A stretch of 64,000 bases of DNA from Amoebophrya sp. A120. Lineage: Eukaryota; Protista; Dinoflagellata. Positions 23,193-36,100 of this stretch are shown one piece after another; position 1 is the stretch's first letter; the number at the start of each line of letters is the position of its first letter. A model generated the notes under the pieces. The model was not told the DNA's origin. It was given only the letters and a program-made list of their open reading frames with translations, and ran no database searches. The stretch spans positions 11,268,793 to 11,332,792 of the forward strand of contig CAJINV010000003.1 in assembly GCA_905178155.1 (NCBI GenBank). The letters are read 5' to 3'. A program made the translations under genes and the position numbers.

Positions 23193-25022
23193 GGGTTCAC
23201 GCTACATCTATTGTGCTCGAACTTGCTTTCGGGCCCACGTCAAACTCAAATAGTTGTTTTCTCCCTACGAATAAAAGCACCAACGGAGCCAGCAGCAGAA
23301 CGCTCTCTAGAAACCAATTTCCGTAGGGGAACCGGAACGAGTGTGATCGGATCAAAAATAGTTCGCCCTAAAGTCTTCCGACAAGCCGCACTGGTGTGGA
23401 CTTCGTGTTTATTTTGAAGTTGAGTTTTATGCTGGTTTTCGTTTTATTTAACGATGATCTGCGGCAATGCACGGGCGGGGCTCTCGCAAAGAAATATCTC
23501 TAAACGCTCGCGATTTTCATTCGTCAATACGCCAGCGATGACTCGTTTTATTTGAGCACCTTCTTAGAAGAGCAGAAAACAAAGGCAAAACTGGCCGGCA
23601 CAAGAAAAAGGCGAAAATGAGATACGAAGATAAAAAAACAGATCCTGTTTGTTTGAAAGTTAAAAGTACAATAATGGCGGAAAAGGAATCCGGAAATCTG
23701 GACCGGACAAAAAGAAGGGAGTCCGCCCCGGGCAGGGGGGGGTCCAGGACGGGGGTTCGGGATTTTCGTTTTCGTCTGTCCATGCTCCGGGTGCGTTTTC
23801 TTTCTGTGCGCGGGCCGCGCGGCCGGAACCCCGAAAAAATTAGCCAAAATTTAGCGGGCGAAATCGCCCCGCGCCCTCCAGCTGAGCGGGGGCGAGGCAA
23901 TGGCGGCAGGCCGCGCCGCCCGCTTTGTTATGTAAGGAGCTAGCCGTAGCGCCACACCGCCGGCCGCAGCCCTAGCCGCCGCGGGCGCCAAGGCGTAGCG
24001 GCAGGCAGCTGCTCCGCGGCAAAGCAGGAGCCAGGACAAGCACGGCCCAGCCACACTTCGGGGCGTTTGTTTCGGCACACAAGAGCTGAGCCACAATGCG
24101 GCCCCGCCCCTTGATTGAATGCCAAGCCCAAGCCCAAGCCAGCGCGCCCGGGCCGCGCGCCCGGCGCTGCGCCTCGCCATGGGTTAAGGGAGTCTTCACT
24201 ACTCCCACCGGCAACACACCGCGGAGCGAGGCCCGAGCGAGCGAGTAAAGCCACGGTGGCGGGATAGGACACAGCGCCGAAGGGTTGTCCTGCACGCTCG
24301 CACCACCACCCCCGCCCCGTTTGATTATGCAGCCCCAGCGCCTGGCGATCCTCGGGGCCCGGTTGGCGGCTATGGGAAACTAACATGCCCCCAGGACTTC
24401 GGTACGCCAGTCGTCATGCCGCACGTAGAAAACTGAAACGAACCTAGAGGACGAGTAGAAGAAACATTTAACTTTAAGGCCGCAAGCTCATTTGTATATT
24501 TTTTTCTTATTTGAACAAGGTGCAATAGTATAGCCAAGGCTCCACCACTTTTTCGAGTGGGTTTGGAACAAGGAAGCTCGAAAGCATCCCGAACCGAGAC
24601 GCCAGCCTTTCGCAAGATTTTTTTTCAGGTGCTAGCCCAAGAAGTGTTTCAAAAACGTCACAAAGTGGCGAGAGTCTGTGCTTCAAGAGCACAAGCATAA
24701 CAAAAACAAAGTGAAAAGGAAAAAACGCTAATCCTCAAGAAGAGGCAGCTGCAAAACGAAAACGCTAATCCTCAAGAAGTAGGCGCGTCTCATTTTAGTT
24801 TGGATGCAGAAAACCTTATCGCGGCGACGCAATGACTGGCGCCGTGCTAAGGCGTTAGCTCTTGAAAAACTCGGCGTCGTGTCCTAGATTTTTTTTTTTA
24901 AGTGTTAGAGAGAATGTCAGATTATATAGAGTTACAGGGTTTCAGGGTTTGTCTAGGGTTCCTAACTTTATTTTAAGCGTGTAGAGCAGATATACAGTTA
25001 CAGGCGCATCTAAGTTGCGTGG

Positions 25023-25741
25023 TATGTAGTGAGGTCGCGAATGTTCTATCCTCGCGGTTGTTTTTTTGCCAGTCCTTACGCAAAACGGCCAGCAGTTACC
25101 AAGCGGCCGGAAGTGTTTTTTGAAGGCATGAAAAGTTTTCAACTATCAAGCAGTCGGGGCTTTGAAGTCAAACAAGCGTCACCCATTTCTATCGATTCGC
25201 ACTTGATAAAACGACGCAAGGGAGCCGGCAAAAGGGGCGCCCTTCTGGAGCGCCCACCGCCTTGGTTTCTGGCGATTTGGGGCGCCCAAAAAGGGGCGCC
25301 AGAAAAAAGCCCAACGATACAAAAACCGCGAGTCCGCATGGTATGGGCACCATTTTTGCCTACTTCGGGGTCGCAAAGCCGGTCACCAGCAAAGTCGAGC
25401 ACGTGCAAGGCGGGGAGCAAGCCAAAAAGTGCGACCTTTGAAAAAAAAAAAACAAGAAGCGCAAAGGCCGCCAAAAGCGGAAAGCCAATCCCCATGTTAT
25501 GGGCCCGATTTTGGGGGCCGCTAGGGCCTGCCCTGGCGGGGCCATAGCATGAGTGGAAGGCTTCTCTTTTGGAACCCAAGAGGCCTGCCGCTTTGATCTG
25601 TGATGTCTACCGGTCGCCATGCCGTGGCGTATAGCATTATGCCCGGTGCCACGGTGGGCATGCAAGCAGCAGCCTTCTTGCTTGGAAGACTGACAAAAAA
25701 GCCGCTTTGACCTCACTACCCCCGCTGAGGCGGCTACTATT
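25023..25741 (+). mobile_element. Helentron/HINE-like element, copy 3 (intergenic)
   Basis: GTAGTGAGGTC at 25026-36, GACCTCACTAC at 25709-19, hairpin CCGC-TGAG-GCGG. Confidence 0.8.
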
Positions 25742-26264
25742 GGCAGATCGTTTTCGCGGCTTGGCTGGAGGGATTTTGCCCCCGGGTGTCCTTGTGCCTG
25801 GGCTAGGAGGTCCCTAGACGTGAAGGCCTGGAGTTGTTCTTCTTTCGCGCCTCTGAGTGGGGCCGGGGAAGCAGCCAGCACTTACGTAGTCTACCGGATT
25901 CATGACCCGGTTGCTTTGCGATGCTTTCACTGATTCCGTTTCATTCCCAGGAGATTGATGCTCCGCCCATTTCAAATGGACAGGAAAGCATGGTAGCTTG
26001 TTAGCGCGCTCTTAGTGCACCGCAGTGCCATTCCACCAAGGAGGACACTTCCCAGCGGGTAGAGCTACGAAGACATTTGAGAGCGACGCGCTTCAGGGCG
26101 TTTTCGAGTGGCGGGAGTTTGTGGAAGTTAGCCGCACAGGCATGGTGGGGATAGATACTGACCCCTTGACACCTAAAACGTGAGACTGCGCTCCGCCATA
26201 TTTTGAAAAGAAAGCGCGTATCGAAGCGCAGTAGGGTTTTTTTGGATGGTGCCGGCTTTTTTTG

Positions 26265-27567
26265 GAAGTTGATAAAATTAGGTTTGTAGTGAACGAGTGC
26301 TCCCGATCGGACAGGCACGATCCCTACTATTGCGCAGTGGTGAGGTTAGCCAACATCGTCATCATCTAGTTGCTTCTAGCCCTGTTGCCGCTGATCTAGA
26401 GCCACGAAAACAAAGGTAGCAGCCTGCCACGCGCCCTGCCTGATGCCTGACAGAGAGGCCAAGTTTAAACTTTTGAGATGTAGTAATAGTATCCCGGCTC
26501 GTTGCGCCAGGTACTATTACTAATCTTCGATTCTCGTAGACTATAACACACCGCATGGAGAACAACCAGTGTGGGATCATGGCCTTGACTTATGCCACCG
26601 ACCGCATAGCTGGCGGGCTTAGAATACCTACATCCCAAGCTCTGCCGTTGCGCCGGTGGTTGCGGTGCCGGCCGGGGGATTTGTTGGTGGAGCAGCAAAG
26701 CTCGATGATCGAGCGTGATGATCGAGCTCCGGTTGATCGGATCAAAATGTAATTTGGTCCGACGCCAGTGCCTGGACTGGTGTTGATGTACGATCGAAAG
26801 CCCCTAAACCTGCAACGCAGCATAGTAGCCCGTGGCTCCCTTTTAGTTCCGTGCACTGCGTAGAAGCGCCCCCTTAATAGATAAAATGCGTAAGTATGAG
26901 TGACGATAAGAACAAAAAGTCTACCGCGCGGATCGGTAGGAGAAGCAACAGCTTTTGTATTTTTTCGGTGCAAATCAAACCTTTCGTTCCTCGGAGAGGT
27001 ATTTGCTTAGTTTTCGATCAAAGGGGAAAGATAAAATCCGAAATCGCTTGAGATCCGAAAATCGCTTATCATAACAGTTTCGCTTTATTGTGGTTTTTGT
27101 TCAACGAAAAATACAGTGTAGTTTATCTGGCGGGCTAAGCAATTACTGCAACCGAGCACAGGCACGCTGTGCCCCCTACCGGCCTAGTGGAAACGTCTTA
27201 TGACCGTATAACCGTAGAAAGTTGATTGCTTCGGTTTGTACTGAAGCTGACCGGATGCTCCCGGTCGGACTGGCGCTGCCCCTATGGTTACCTAGTGGCT
27301 TGGGTTAGGTATCATCTAGTTGCTTCTAGCCCTGTCACCGCCCGGCTAGGGTGATAGACCCCCCACCGGCGCACGACGCAAGTCTTATGAGCCCATAACC
27401 GTAGTAAGCTGATAAGTTAGCTTTGTACTGAACCGGTGCTCCCGTTCGGGGTGCTCCCGTTCGGCCACGGGTAGGCACTACCCCTACCATTACCTAGTGG
27501 TTTGGGTTAGGTATCATCTAGCTGCCTCTAGCCCTTAGCCCTGTCACCGCCTGGCTAGGGTGATAGA
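26265..27567. repeat. Three direct copies of a 135-190-bp repeat
   Basis: Copies at 26265-26400, 27195-27359 and 27382-27567 share TTTGTA(C/G)TGAA..TGCTCCCG..CGG..GGTTAG..ATCATCTAG(T/C)TGC(T/C)TCTAGCCCT. Confidence 0.8.
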
Positions 27568-27689
27568 AAGATAGCGACCTCCCACACAGACCGACAGACA
27601 GTCGCGATCAATGATCTTGACATACGCATAGTAAAATAAGACACACACAGACAGTGGTCGCGATCAATGATCTTAGCCTACCCATACGT

Positions 27690-29280
27690 AAAATATGTAT
27701 ATGTAGTTGATGATGACTAGTGCCAAGAATGAAGAATAGCAATAAGTACCGAAGTTCCGTTCGGTTGCGCCTCGCGTGGCTTTTGTTTTTGACCAGAGGA
27801 TTTGCTGTGTCCGTTCTTGCGTCGTGTCTCTTTTTGCAATTTTAGTACTCCGGATCACGGTGCCTGTGCCTGCACCATGCCGACATGATAATTCAGAAAT
27901 GGATCGAGATCCCCTCGCTCTGCAGTACTACCAGGGGAAATGAAAGATATTTCCCCCTTGTCGTGTCTGGTATCTATGATACTTTGCAGCACCCTGCTCC
28001 ATACGTTTCCGATTTTTAGAATATGTGGTTTTCCTGGCACTGCAAGTGCTGCTGTAGCTTCATCAGGCATATAATTTGATGCAAACATAGAACTGAAAGG
28101 CGAAGTCCACCAGTCCAGCCCTGTGGCTATAAGTATAAGCAGTTGGGAGACCACATCTTCCGCGGCTACATTTGCACAGCACGAATCTAGGTACTTGCTA
28201 GATAAGTCAGTGGATAAAAAACCGAGCAGAATGAAGGCGAGATTTGCCGCGATCTACTGTGCTGCCGCGTCTGCGAGCACCAGTAGCAGCTCTGGCTTTC
28301 TAGCACCGTTCTCGTCGACACATTTTTCGCTGCCGGCGCAGCTGCCCATAATTGAGGCTGCAGCAAATATGAGAGCTACAAGTGGCTCATCCTCATCCAG
28401 TCTCCTATCCCTTGCAGATGTGTTTGGGTCATCTGCAAGACTTGTCATGGTCTGCTCCTGGCAAGAGAAATAAAAGATCTGTCATGCATGTTGCGCTACA
28501 GCGCTGCTTTTTTGCAAAGGACAAATTCACTTTGTTTTCAGGAAGCTTAGGCAAGTCCTAGTCTCGCTCAGAAACTTGTCAGCACTCGCGTTCCCACATT
28601 GGAGGTTGTTTGCCATTCGCAAAACAAGGTAGCGTCACAACTTGTTCTCAGACATCCAGAGATATTTGCAATGCATATCTCCACCGTCAGGGATCTGATT
28701 TTCATTTCTTCTCCACCCGCACACCTTACCCGGTGTCGGCCTCTGCCGCGCCCGTTGCTTTACGGCTTGGACGGCCATTAGATTTCTGCATGGTGAATTT
28801 CAAGTGATTTCAAGCGCTGCAAGATAATATTCATACTTCTTCGGGATATCGTGACCCACGCGATCAGGCAACTCCACAATGCCTCCGGTAATGGAAGAAT
28901 CTTTCTAGCAGAAAAATGCGGCGTGGGGCGCCACAGTGTGTAGCTGCATAGTCAGCGCCGTACTCTCAGCCCGACGAGTTGCGAAGCAGCGTCGTGGGGC
29001 TGTTGCTGTTTTCGGGGTGCTTTGGATGGTCGGCCGAGCTCGGGCGCCTGGAGCTAGCAGGCGCCTTTTGCTTCGGTAAATGCTATTAAGTAGTTTACTG
29101 ATGCGATTGCATTTTGTGGCCTTCATATTTGCTCGCGCGTACTCCAAAAGTTTGGCACTTTCTTGAGCAGATGCGAGGTCGGCTGTACTGGATTTGGGTT
29201 TTTGATTCCGGTGAATTTTAGAAATAGGTGGCAAAATGAGTGTTGGTTTTGTGGCGGTCTGGAATTCAGAATCCACCTGG
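27690..29280 (-). CDS. Fragmentary multi-exon gene, hypothetical protein (ends unresolved)
   Basis: Coding-like segments KDSSITGGIVELPDRVGHDIPKKYEYYLAALE and RLDEDEPLVALIFAAA...ELLLVLADAAA|HKYLDSCCANVAAEDVVSQLLILIATGLDWWTSPF, joined across a 60-nt GT-AG intron at 28198-28257; family B intron at 28406-28677. Confidence 0.5.
28406..28677. mobile_element. Introner family B in a minus-strand gene
   Basis: TATCCCTTGCAGATGT ... ATATTTGCAATGCATA; perfect TSD TCTCC at 28401-05 and 28678-82. Confidence 0.85.
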
Positions 29281-30122
29281 GAGAACCTAAGTTCATCGCT
29301 GGCCGCAATTTACTAAATTCACGAAGTTCGCCGCTAACCTCACCGATCACGGCATAGCGTCGGAAACAGAGGCGCTGTAAACTTAAAGCGTTTTTTTGAT
29401 ACAATACAAATCTAAAGCGGTTTTCTGAAACTTAAACCGGCTTTTTTTGCACACAAGCCATCGCCGCCGTTGAATGGTGCTTGGAGTTTCGAAACAACCC
29501 CTGCCTGAGGGTAATGCAGCTGTTAGCTTTTTTGCTGTTTCTCTTTCTGTTTCCAAAAATTGAACCCCGGGGGGTTGAAGGCTAAAAAAAAAAGGAAAAA
29601 GTCATGAAGTCACCAGATGACTCACTTCGCCGTCGCCTCAGGTGGCGCAATAAAATTAATAAATTTGCTTTTAGGCCTGATATTAGTATTATGTGGGGGA
29701 GTGCCATCCATGTGGATGGATACGCGATCACGCACGCACTTGTGTCATCGCCTGTCTTTCTGCAGACCATTGGCCCGCCAAGCATTATACCTGAATTACC
29801 CACAAGATCAGCCCTGCGATCCTACGGCGCCCGTAAAATCACTGTAAATTCGGCAGCCCTATAACTAATGGGCACCTCTGCCGTGGCAGTTTCTCTGCGT
29901 GCGGATTTCGGCGGATCCTATTCTAGGGCTGCCGCATTCGGCGCCTCACTTCTGACCAGCACTGCCACGGCCTGCTTGCGGCACACTGGCCGGAGGGTCC
30001 GACGCGGAGGCAGTAACAGTAGTCGCGACATCGACTCTGTGGGGGAGAATAGCAGAACGAAAATTATCCGCAACACCGGCGAGCGCGCTCGTTTGCGTCG
30101 AGCAGGCGGAGGCAACGACAAG

Positions 30123-33100
30123 ATGGAAGACGACTCCGACTCCGCGCCATTGCGGTCGTTCACTGAAAGGCAAAGACACGCGAGCGCTTCACAGGTTCAT
30201 ATCGTAAGCAAAAACCACCTCCCTCCCCACACTGAATAGGTCTACCACTGAAAATTTGTGCTGCTGATTTGTGGCCATAAATTAAATCGTCTCTGTCTTG
30301 CAAGAACAAGGCAAATCTACAGACTCCGCCAGGTTTGTACGCGGGCGATTTGTCATGTTGCAAGGCCTAGTAGGCTTACAGAGAAGGCGTCTGCCCTCTT
30401 ATGTGCCTACACTGAAAGGCGTCGTCTCAGGCTTAGGAAGATCTGCCTGCGGTCCCCTCCAACTGCAAGAAAATAAAGATGACTGGTGTACAACACGCCT
30501 CCCGCATCACAGATTCGTTTCCGTGTGAATATGGAGTACTAGAAGGGGATCTTTCATCTTGATGGCTCACCATATGCGCACACAGCACGAACGCGAACGC
30601 GAGGAGAAGGACCCGGCAACAAGCTGCCCTTCCGACTACGCAGAAAGTGGCGCTCACGACGAAGGAGAAGCCACCACCACGTCCAGGAAGCATGAAGATG
30701 ATCAGGGTCGTTGTATCCCGAGTGAAAACGCCCTCCCCTCTCCAAAGCTGTCTTGCAGATTTGCTGCAACTACAGGAATGCTTCTAATGCGCATCTTCAT
30801 GAGAGGCACTTTACATCGTGGTTTGGCATTTGTGAAACTGGAAACAGGATGAAGAGGAGGATTTGTGATGCGGGTGCCCTTGCTGACCTGCACTACATTT
30901 ATATTTAGTGAGGTCCTCACGACGAGCGTTCTAATCTAGCGGCTTTTTTGACGCCTCTCATGCAAAACGCCCGGAAGTTTTCAAGCGGCCGGAAGTGTTT
31001 TTTCACAAAAAAAGACTTGGCACCGAATCGCCGGCGGATTCTCTCGGTCGCTGCTTGGAAAAACGACGCAGAGGAGCCGGCAAAGGTGGCGCCCTCTTGC
31101 GGCGCCCGGCGCAACTAATTCCGCCGATTTGCGGCGCCAAAAAGGGGGCGCCTTAAAATTAAGAAGAAAGCAGGCCTTTACGCTATGGGCCTCATCTTGG
31201 CCTCCATTTGAAGGCCGCCAAGTCAGCCACAAAAGTCAGGCGCTTGATGTAATCAATGCGGAGAGCAAGTTAAGAATTGCGACTTCTGAACAAAAACAAG
31301 CAAAAACTACACAAGCCGCCAAAAGCAAAAAGCCAATCCACATGCTATGGGCCTGATTTGGGGCACCCGAGGAGCTTGCCCCGGTGGAGCCCCCGGAGCG
31401 AGGGGTCATAGCATGCGGAAAAGTGTTTCTCCTCTGAAGGCAGCAGGGACGCGACTTCTCAACAAAGAAACCAAAAAAACGCATATGCCGCCAGAAGCAG
31501 CAAGCCAATCCGCATGCTGTGGGCCTGATTTGGGGCGCCCGAGGGGCCGGCCCTGGTAGAGCCCCTAGCGGGGCCATAGCATGCGGGGAAGGCTTTCGGG
31601 CTTTGAAGGCAGGAAGCTGGCGACTTATGGCCGTGATATCTACCGCCCCCGACCCCATGCTACTAGCAGTCAGAAAAGCCACCGTGACCCCACTACCCGT
31701 TCCCCCGACCCCGCGGACGCGGCTATTATTCGCACTGACAGAGATTTGCTATGGGTGAAGACTTCCAAAACTTCTATATTTGTGTTGCAGACCACTTCCG
31801 ATTTGACTCTGGGGTCGTGGGGACGATTTGACACAGGATAGGCCGCCTGTTGTCGCGGTTGCACCGCAGTCGGATGGCGACGTCGCGAGGAGCCGTAGCA
31901 CCAGGCCCAGAGGAGCTGGGCCACCTGTTTTGCACGGGTGGAGGACTACAGGTGGCGGGCGCGCCGGGGGCAGCTCTTCATATTACCATGAAAATGAGTC
32001 TCCCCTCCCCATACCCAAGCGGAGACCTCTTGTGTACAGGAACTTTAGTACGATTTACGATCACAAATCACCTTGCCATGCTAGAACGATGAAAGTAGAG
32101 CCTGTAGTGCTCGCTCGTGATCCTGTGGGAAATAAAAAACCCTGCGCTTTCAGCATGACAGGCAGCAACTGGAAGCGGTAAACGGCATGACGAATTTCCT
32201 GCATAACGAGGCCTCAACTTCGACGTCTCTTGGTCTTCTAGCAAAACAGCAGGAGGGCTGATTTGTGTTGTGGTCACAAATCTCCATTACTTTTCGATAT
32301 GGGGAGGGCGATCGTTCCTCTCAATAGAGCACGTTCCCAAATTCGTAATCGCGCTAGATGTATCAAATGCAAAAATGTCTGGGTCTGGAAGACTGCTGGA
32401 CTTGTCATGCAGGTTTTCCATGGCCCATCTGATCTGCAATGGAGGACCTAGCATGACAGATTCCGCGAGATTCCTATCATGCCCATCCTGCACGAGAAAC
32501 TGCCTCCCAACTTGATCAAAAGTGGACAGCATTCATGGTAATCATGCAACACAGTTTTTTGTATGCTTCAGATTTAGCATGACAAGTTGCAGAGTTCCAG
32601 ACCCAGACATATTTGCAGTTGAGAAGATGTGGGATCCATGATGCACAAGATGGCCGTTGTCGTCCAGATATGCATTACAGATATCGAAATCGCTCTGGGT
32701 CTGGAAGGATGTAATAAACTTGTGATGCGGAAGATTCTGGAACAGAGAATGAAAAATGCTCTGTCAGTGTCGTATAGTGGTCAGCAACAGAAGTGCTATT
32801 TTTGTCTCCAGGAGTAGACGCCATTTCTCGTGCAAACTGCGTCTGGACCTGGCGAGTCTTCCGCAGAATGTGTCGTGCCCAGCGTGGTGCACTCGCGCCC
32901 TTTATTCTTGCAGGTGCAGAAATAGAAACTGCATGACAAGTATCTGCTTTGTTCTTCCAGGCCACTCAGACATGTTTGCAATGCATACCAGGCGGACCCC
33001 GTCGCCGAAGTGATTTTCGAGAAGGAGCAGCTGCTCTGCTGGGACCAGGGAATGAACTGGTTCCAAAAGCTATCATGTGTGAAAATGTCTCCATCACACA

Positions 33101-36100
33101 GAGTCAAGATGGCGACTTTGCTACACAAATCAACAGAGTACTAGACGTCCTCTGAACAACAGAAGCAGATCCATCTTCCAAAAGAACTGGGCAAAAACCT
33201 GTATACACACATCAACAAGTTTTGGCTGTTGCGCGTGACAAGTTAGCTCGGAGTCGCAGCGTAGTTCTGTTTCAGGTAGTGAAAACGCATCACAAATCGA
33301 CTGCCTTACCCTGATTCTTGGGGCTACGGGTGAGAAATACGAAATTATTTTTACTCTTTTCTAGGCATGCAGACTTGCATGACAACTGACTCTGGGGTGA
33401 GGACTTTTTTACTCAGAAAAAAAGCGATCATATTACAGGAAAATAGTATTACAGTTGCACATTTTTTTGTTGGAATTTCAGCATCAAAAAGTTGCTCACA
33501 TGGCAAAGAAAGCCTATACATAGTGCGCAGATGACTATAAGGGAAAACACAACTAAAATGACGCTGGCATGCATTTCCTGCATGACAGAGGTTGTCCCTG
33601 TCTGTCTTGCTTGTCTTGCATCAGAATGATGTGTAACTGTAACAATTTTCTCGCGATAGATCAAAGCTGTCCCAGAACGTGATGGAAAAGAGCGCGGCCC
33701 TTATCAACTCGCTCACCGCGGAGTATGCATTGCAAAAGTTTCTGGGTCTGGAAGGTTGTGACGCTGACTGGTGAACCTCGGGGACGCCAGCAATGACGGC
33801 GCAGCAACATGGCAAATTTCTGAGTTCCTACGTGTTGTGGTCTATCCAGCACGACAAACACAAACTGCGTTTTTGCATCAGAAAGAGAAAGCTGTGCGTG
33901 TGCTGTGGGCTTTTGGGTAACGTGCATGACAGACTTTGGACGTATGCTAGAGAAGAAATTAGCACCAACCCACATCGTGTTAAGAGGAGGCTTCTTTGTC
34001 ATCGCCAATGATTGCACCCTCTTGCTATTGCTGGGGTTCACTGTCTCCGGGCAGTTGGGCGGTTCCTCCCTACAAACACAGAAACGGCCATCGTCGGGGT
34101 CCCGGGTACATTTTGCACACCATGTACCTGGAGGGCGCAAGCCTCATTCTCATACCATACCATACCATGCTAGCCAAGCAAGACAAACTTGGAATTTTAT
34201 TCCAGACCCAGACTACATATTTGCAATGCATACGGAGGGTATGGACATGATTTCCCGTTATGTCCTACGAAATCAAAGAAAAACGAGATACGCAGGGCCA
34301 GAACCAGGAGTCATCCGCAGTCGAGCGGTCAGGGTCGGCGATGAACAACCATCAGAGCGACAGCATTCATCTTTTTACGAGGTACTTCCTTATAATTAAT
34401 GGATGGGCTGGCCACAATGTTTTTTTTTCATCTAAGATGAGAATACCAAGCCACTATGAATATCCTGTCCTCTGCGCTTTTTGTTGTCTCGTGATTTTCT
34501 GGAACGTTTTGAAAAAGCAGCAACATTGCATCTCCAGCGTTCGCTTTATGATTATTTTCTGTTGGAGACTGACGAGGAGGCTGTGATGTTAGTATTTCTT
34601 TATTAAAATTAAAAGTCTAATATCACTTTTATCGTCAATGCACCTACTCAAATTATGTGAAGATTGAAAACAAATGAGTCGAGCGAAATATAAAACAATG
34701 CCAAACTGAACCTTCCCGAATCTATCGAGCCAGAAAAATTTCGCAGGTGCATGTAATAGCCCGCGGCACAAGTGTATTCCGGAAGTGCGCCCCCGAAAGC
34801 GTAGAATATCCACCGCAAAAGTATCGAACTCGTACCAATGAATCACAATCATTTTTCGCATCACGGCCAATACAACGAGGACACGCGTTCACTTTATAAT
34901 TAGCTGCGTCCTCAGCGTTGAAAGAAGAAACCTGCAAACAATATCGTTGATACGAGAGCGATATTTGGGCAGTTCATATGGAAGCTTACAAGATGATATT
35001 GAGGGACCGGGCTGGCGTTGTGGATTTTGAAGTGTTGGACCAACTGTCCGAAGCACGCGCGTATGCACTGCAAATATCAAGACTGAGTCCGGAGCGGGAG
35101 GTAGATAAAGGGCAACTTGTGATGAAGAAGATCCCGACTCCTGTCGAGGAGGATCGACGCGAAATAAATCTGACGTCTTGCTTAACTTTAGCTTACTATC
35201 CTTCCTCTCGAGTTTGTCAAAATAATAAAAATTAATGCGCAAGTTCAGCCGCGCACGGATTTCGTCGGTAGAGCAACTATTTTGCGCGATGATCGTATCG
35301 AGGATTTACATCCAAGACTCCTGTCGAGCAGGATCGACGCGAAAATGTATCATGACCGAGCACGTTGTAAATCGCCCTGCTGCTTATGGCCTCTGTCCAC
35401 AAGATGGGGCAGGTTTAGGCCGTGCATGAAGAAGACGGAGGAGCAGTCGCCAGACCTGGTTTGCTCTCCTGGTGCGGTCTGTAGTTTTTACTACAGGCAC
35501 GTGCCACCTGGGGAATTCAAAATTTGCATGACAAATACATAGTATCCGCTGACGCCTTCCAACATGACCAGTGAAAATGTCGGCACACTTCCGAAGGCGG
35601 ACCGAACATATTTGCAATGGATAGCGAAGGCCAGCGCGCGCTCTTCGTGCAGCATGTCGAGTACCGCGACCCGTTGCCGCCCGCTGTGCTCGATGTTGGT
35701 GGACACAGCACACAGTTTTCAAATCGCTACCTCCAGAGTCACTTGTACCAGGGCGGAAGTTGGGAGGTAAGAATATGTCTACACAAATTTTTATAGGTAG
35801 AAACAAAGCAGCTTGGTTACAGTGAAGATACACTCGGAATTCAGCTTTTGATTTTGCAGACCCGTGCATCGCGTCGACGTCCTTTTTATTGTGCTAGGTG
35901 CTTGCTCTTCTGGTTCTGCGAGACGGACTCTGCCGATTTCTGAGTACAGGGCGAATAATAAATTTTATGAAAAGCTAATCTGCATGGGAAGTCCAAGTGC
36001 AAGTTCAAAAACAAGCTAGCCGGAATATATAATATCGAATCAATCCGCGTTTTCTGGTCCTCTTCTCCGTAACATGAGTATAAAGACACGAAAATTTTTG

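Noticed and set aside
28150-28910. BTB/POZ domain call for the minus-strand gene
   Set aside because: Only loose resemblance (LDEDEP, LLVLAD..KY); the exon chain is unresolved.
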